A stretch of DNA of 64,000 nucleotides, taken from contig JAFTIP010000032.1 of the NCBI GenBank assembly GCA_017456845.1, positions 827 to 64,826 of the forward strand, in the 5' to 3' direction. Positions 62,646 through 64,000 of this stretch are shown in pieces (within the stretch, counting starts at the first letter, position 1; the number at the start of each line of letters is the position of its first letter). A program made the translations under genes and the position numbers. Origin of the DNA: Ruminococcus sp. (GTDB lineage: Bacteria; Bacillota; Clostridia; Oscillospirales; Acutalibacteraceae). The notes beneath the pieces are model-generated. The model worked only from the letters and a program-made list of their open reading frames with translations, was not told the DNA's origin and searched no databases.

Positions 62646-64000
62646 ATGTCACAGAATTTAATGATTGATGAAAGAATAAAAGAGGTGGCAAACCGAATTA
62701 AAAGCGTTCGTGAGGATTTAGGCTTTACAGTAGAACAGATGGCAAAGAAAACCGGCACAACTCCTGAGGAGTATCGTCTGCTTGAGTCAGGTCGGTCTGA
62801 CTTCAGCTTTACATTTATATATAAATTTGCCAATGCTTGCTCTCTTGATATTACAGATATTATGGAAGGTACCAGCCCCTTGCTTACTCAGTACTCAGTT
62901 GTAAGAAAAGGCGAGGGTATGCCTTTTGCAAGACGCGAAGGCTTTAAATACTACAACTTAGCTCCTGCTTTTAAGAATAAGCTTGCTGAGCCTTTCCACG
63001 TTGTTATTCCTTATTCTGAGCAGATTCAGAACGAGCCCATGCACCTTTCTACCCATACAGGCCATGAGATTGATATTGTTATTAAGGGCAGTATGAAGAT
63101 TCAGGTAGGCGACAGATACGAAATCCTACACGAGGGTGACAGCATCTATTACGACAGCTCAATTCCTCATGACGAGCGTGCAATCGGTGGAAGCGACTGC
63201 GAGATTTATGCAATCGTTATCAATCCCGATTCAAACGGTATGGCAAATTACGAGGAAAAGGTAATTGCCGCTACTACTACAAATACAGACCTTGCAAAGC
63301 TCGAAAATCCTGTTTACGAAAAATTTATCACAACCGAAACAGACGAAAACGGCGTGCTTTCAGGAATCAGCTTTAAAAACGAGGATAAGTTTAACTTTGC
63401 CTTTGACGTTATCGATGGTTTAGCCGCAAAATGTCCCGATAAAACTGCTATGGTACATCTTACAAATACCAAGCAGGAGCGTGTTTTCACATACAAGGAT
63501 ATGATGGAATACTCCAATATGACAGCTAACTACTTTGAGTCCTTAGGTATTAAAAAGGGCGACAGAGTTATGCTTGTGTTAAAGCGTCATTATCAGTTCT
63601 GGTTCTCTATTCTTGCTCTTCACAAAATCGGTGCTATTGCAATTCCTGCAACAAACCTTTTAAAAGAACACGACTTTGAGTACCGCTTCAATGCTGCAGG
63701 TGTTAAGGCTATTATCTGTACTGCCGACGGCGAAACAGCTGACGAAGCTGATAAAGCTTCGGTAAACAGTCCCACACTTACAGTTAAGGTAAGTGTTAAC
63801 GGTAAGCGTGAGGGTTGGCACAGTTTTGAGGAAGAGTTCGAGAAGTTCTCTCATAACTACAAGAGAACCGAGGACTCACCTTGTGGCAATGACCCTCTCA
63901 TTATGTTCTTCACCTCCGGAACTACAGGCAACCCCAAAATTGCCGAGCATAATCATATGTATCCTCTCGGTCACTTTATCACTGCTAAGTATTGGCATAA
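62646..64000 (+). CDS. Fusion protein: XRE-type HTH, cupin domain and AMP-forming acyl-CoA synthetase (C-terminus beyond the right edge)
   Basis: Hand translation is open from ATG 62646 (RBS AAGGAGAGG) to the window end. It is absent from the track because no stop is reached.
- HTH: IKSVREDLGFTVEQMAKKTGTTPEEYRLLESG.
- Cupin: HTGHEIDIVIKGSMKIQVGDRYEILHEGDSIYYDSSIPH.
- Acyl-CoA synthetase: FTYKDMMEYSNMTANYFESLGIKKGDRVMLVL...FFTSGTTGNPK (the AMP-binding P-loop). Confidence 0.85.
   Translation, partial: MSQNLMIDERIKEVANRIKSVREDLGFTVEQMAKKTGTTPEEYRLLESGRSDFSFTFIYKFANACSLDITDIMEGTSPLLTQYSVVRKGEGMPFARREGFKYYNLAPAFKNKLAEPFHVVIPYSEQIQNEPMHLSTHTGHEIDIVIKGSMKIQVGDRYEILHEGDSIYYDSSIPHDERAIGGSDCEIYAIVINPDSNGMANYEEKVIAATTTNTDLAKLENPVYEKFITTETDENGVLSGISFKNEDKFNFAFDVIDGLAAKCPDKTAMVHLTNTKQERVFTYKDMMEYSNMTANYFESLGIKKGDRVMLVLKRHYQFWFSILALHKIGAIAIPATNLLKEHDFEYRFNAAGVKAIICTADGETADEADKASVNSPTLTVKVSVNGKREGWHSFEEEFEKFSHNYKRTEDSPCGNDPLIMFFTSGTTGNPKIAEHNHMYPLGHFITAKYWH

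Noticed and set aside
1-64000. Search for defence islands, prophage, integrative elements, toxin-antitoxin pairs, CRISPR-Cas, retrons or DGRs
   Set aside because: I found no integrase, transposase, reverse transcriptase, nuclease/helicase/ATPase cluster, phage structural gene or CRISPR repeat array. The gene content is dominated by conserved housekeeping, sporulation, cell-envelope and carbohydrate-utilisation genes. The only mobility-like signals are the short repeats and the tRNA 3'-end duplication reported above.

Overview
This window reads as mostly core chromosome from a sporulating, dockerin-using member of the Clostridia. My best guess is an amylolytic Ruminococcus bromii-like Oscillospiraceae. 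That guess rests only on three dockerin proteins with DATxIQK-type repeats, a CBM25/26-like starch-binding module and the spoIIA, spoIIID and ricT genes.

Gene order, left to right:
- rimP-nusA-ylxR-ylxQ-infB operon (minus strand), with a leader hairpin.
- An XRE membrane regulator.
- A response regulator, histidine kinase and HtrA operon.
- DegT aminotransferase, spoIIID, and a small Cys-rich repeat secreted protein.
- A six-gene exopolysaccharide locus headed by a three-domain fusion protein.
- spoIIAA-spoIIAB-sigF, then folC, rsmI and a YabB-like methyltransferase.
- A 56-aa ferredoxin missing from the ORF track, then ricT, holB and a YfcE-like phosphoesterase.
- Three small unknown ORFs.
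- proA, plus a proB interrupted by an in-frame TAA.
- A dockerin protein of unknown function.
- hflX, DUF951, prfA, tsaC, coaE and an SLT lytic transglycosylase, then an M18 aminopeptidase.
- tRNA-Arg(ACG), whose 3' end plus terminator is duplicated.
- A flavoenzyme, Fe-S reductase and amidohydrolase cluster, then a lipoprotein.
- Polysaccharide deacetylase, Na/Pi transporter and a membrane acyltransferase.
- A PhoPR-like two-component system and a CarD-like protein.
- A 1576-aa multimodular glycoside hydrolase, then a membrane protein.
- serC-serA, a 1060-aa LRR-dockerin protein, and fba.
- A T-box leader in front of an HTH-cupin-acyl-CoA-synthetase fusion that runs off the right edge.

I found no rRNA, CRISPR, transposase, integrase, prophage or recognisable defence genes, so I cannot point to a new defence-type system.

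The signals most worth a second look:
1. A dense family of structured REP/BIME-like intergenic repeats, with at least 7 copies, all in transcribed spacers.
2. The T-box controlling a non-canonical HTH-cupin-acyl-CoA synthetase gene.
3. A perfect 57-bp duplication of the tRNA-Arg 3' end flanking a 148-bp hairpin-rich insert.
4. A phosphoglycosyl transferase, GT4 and HpcH-like aldolase tri-fusion.
5. A secreted protein with a repeated DxDxxGxCDN motif.
6. A CrtI-like flavoenzyme translationally coupled to a 2Fe-2S reductase.
7. The nonsense-interrupted proB.

All product calls come from motif recognition by eye. No database search was run.
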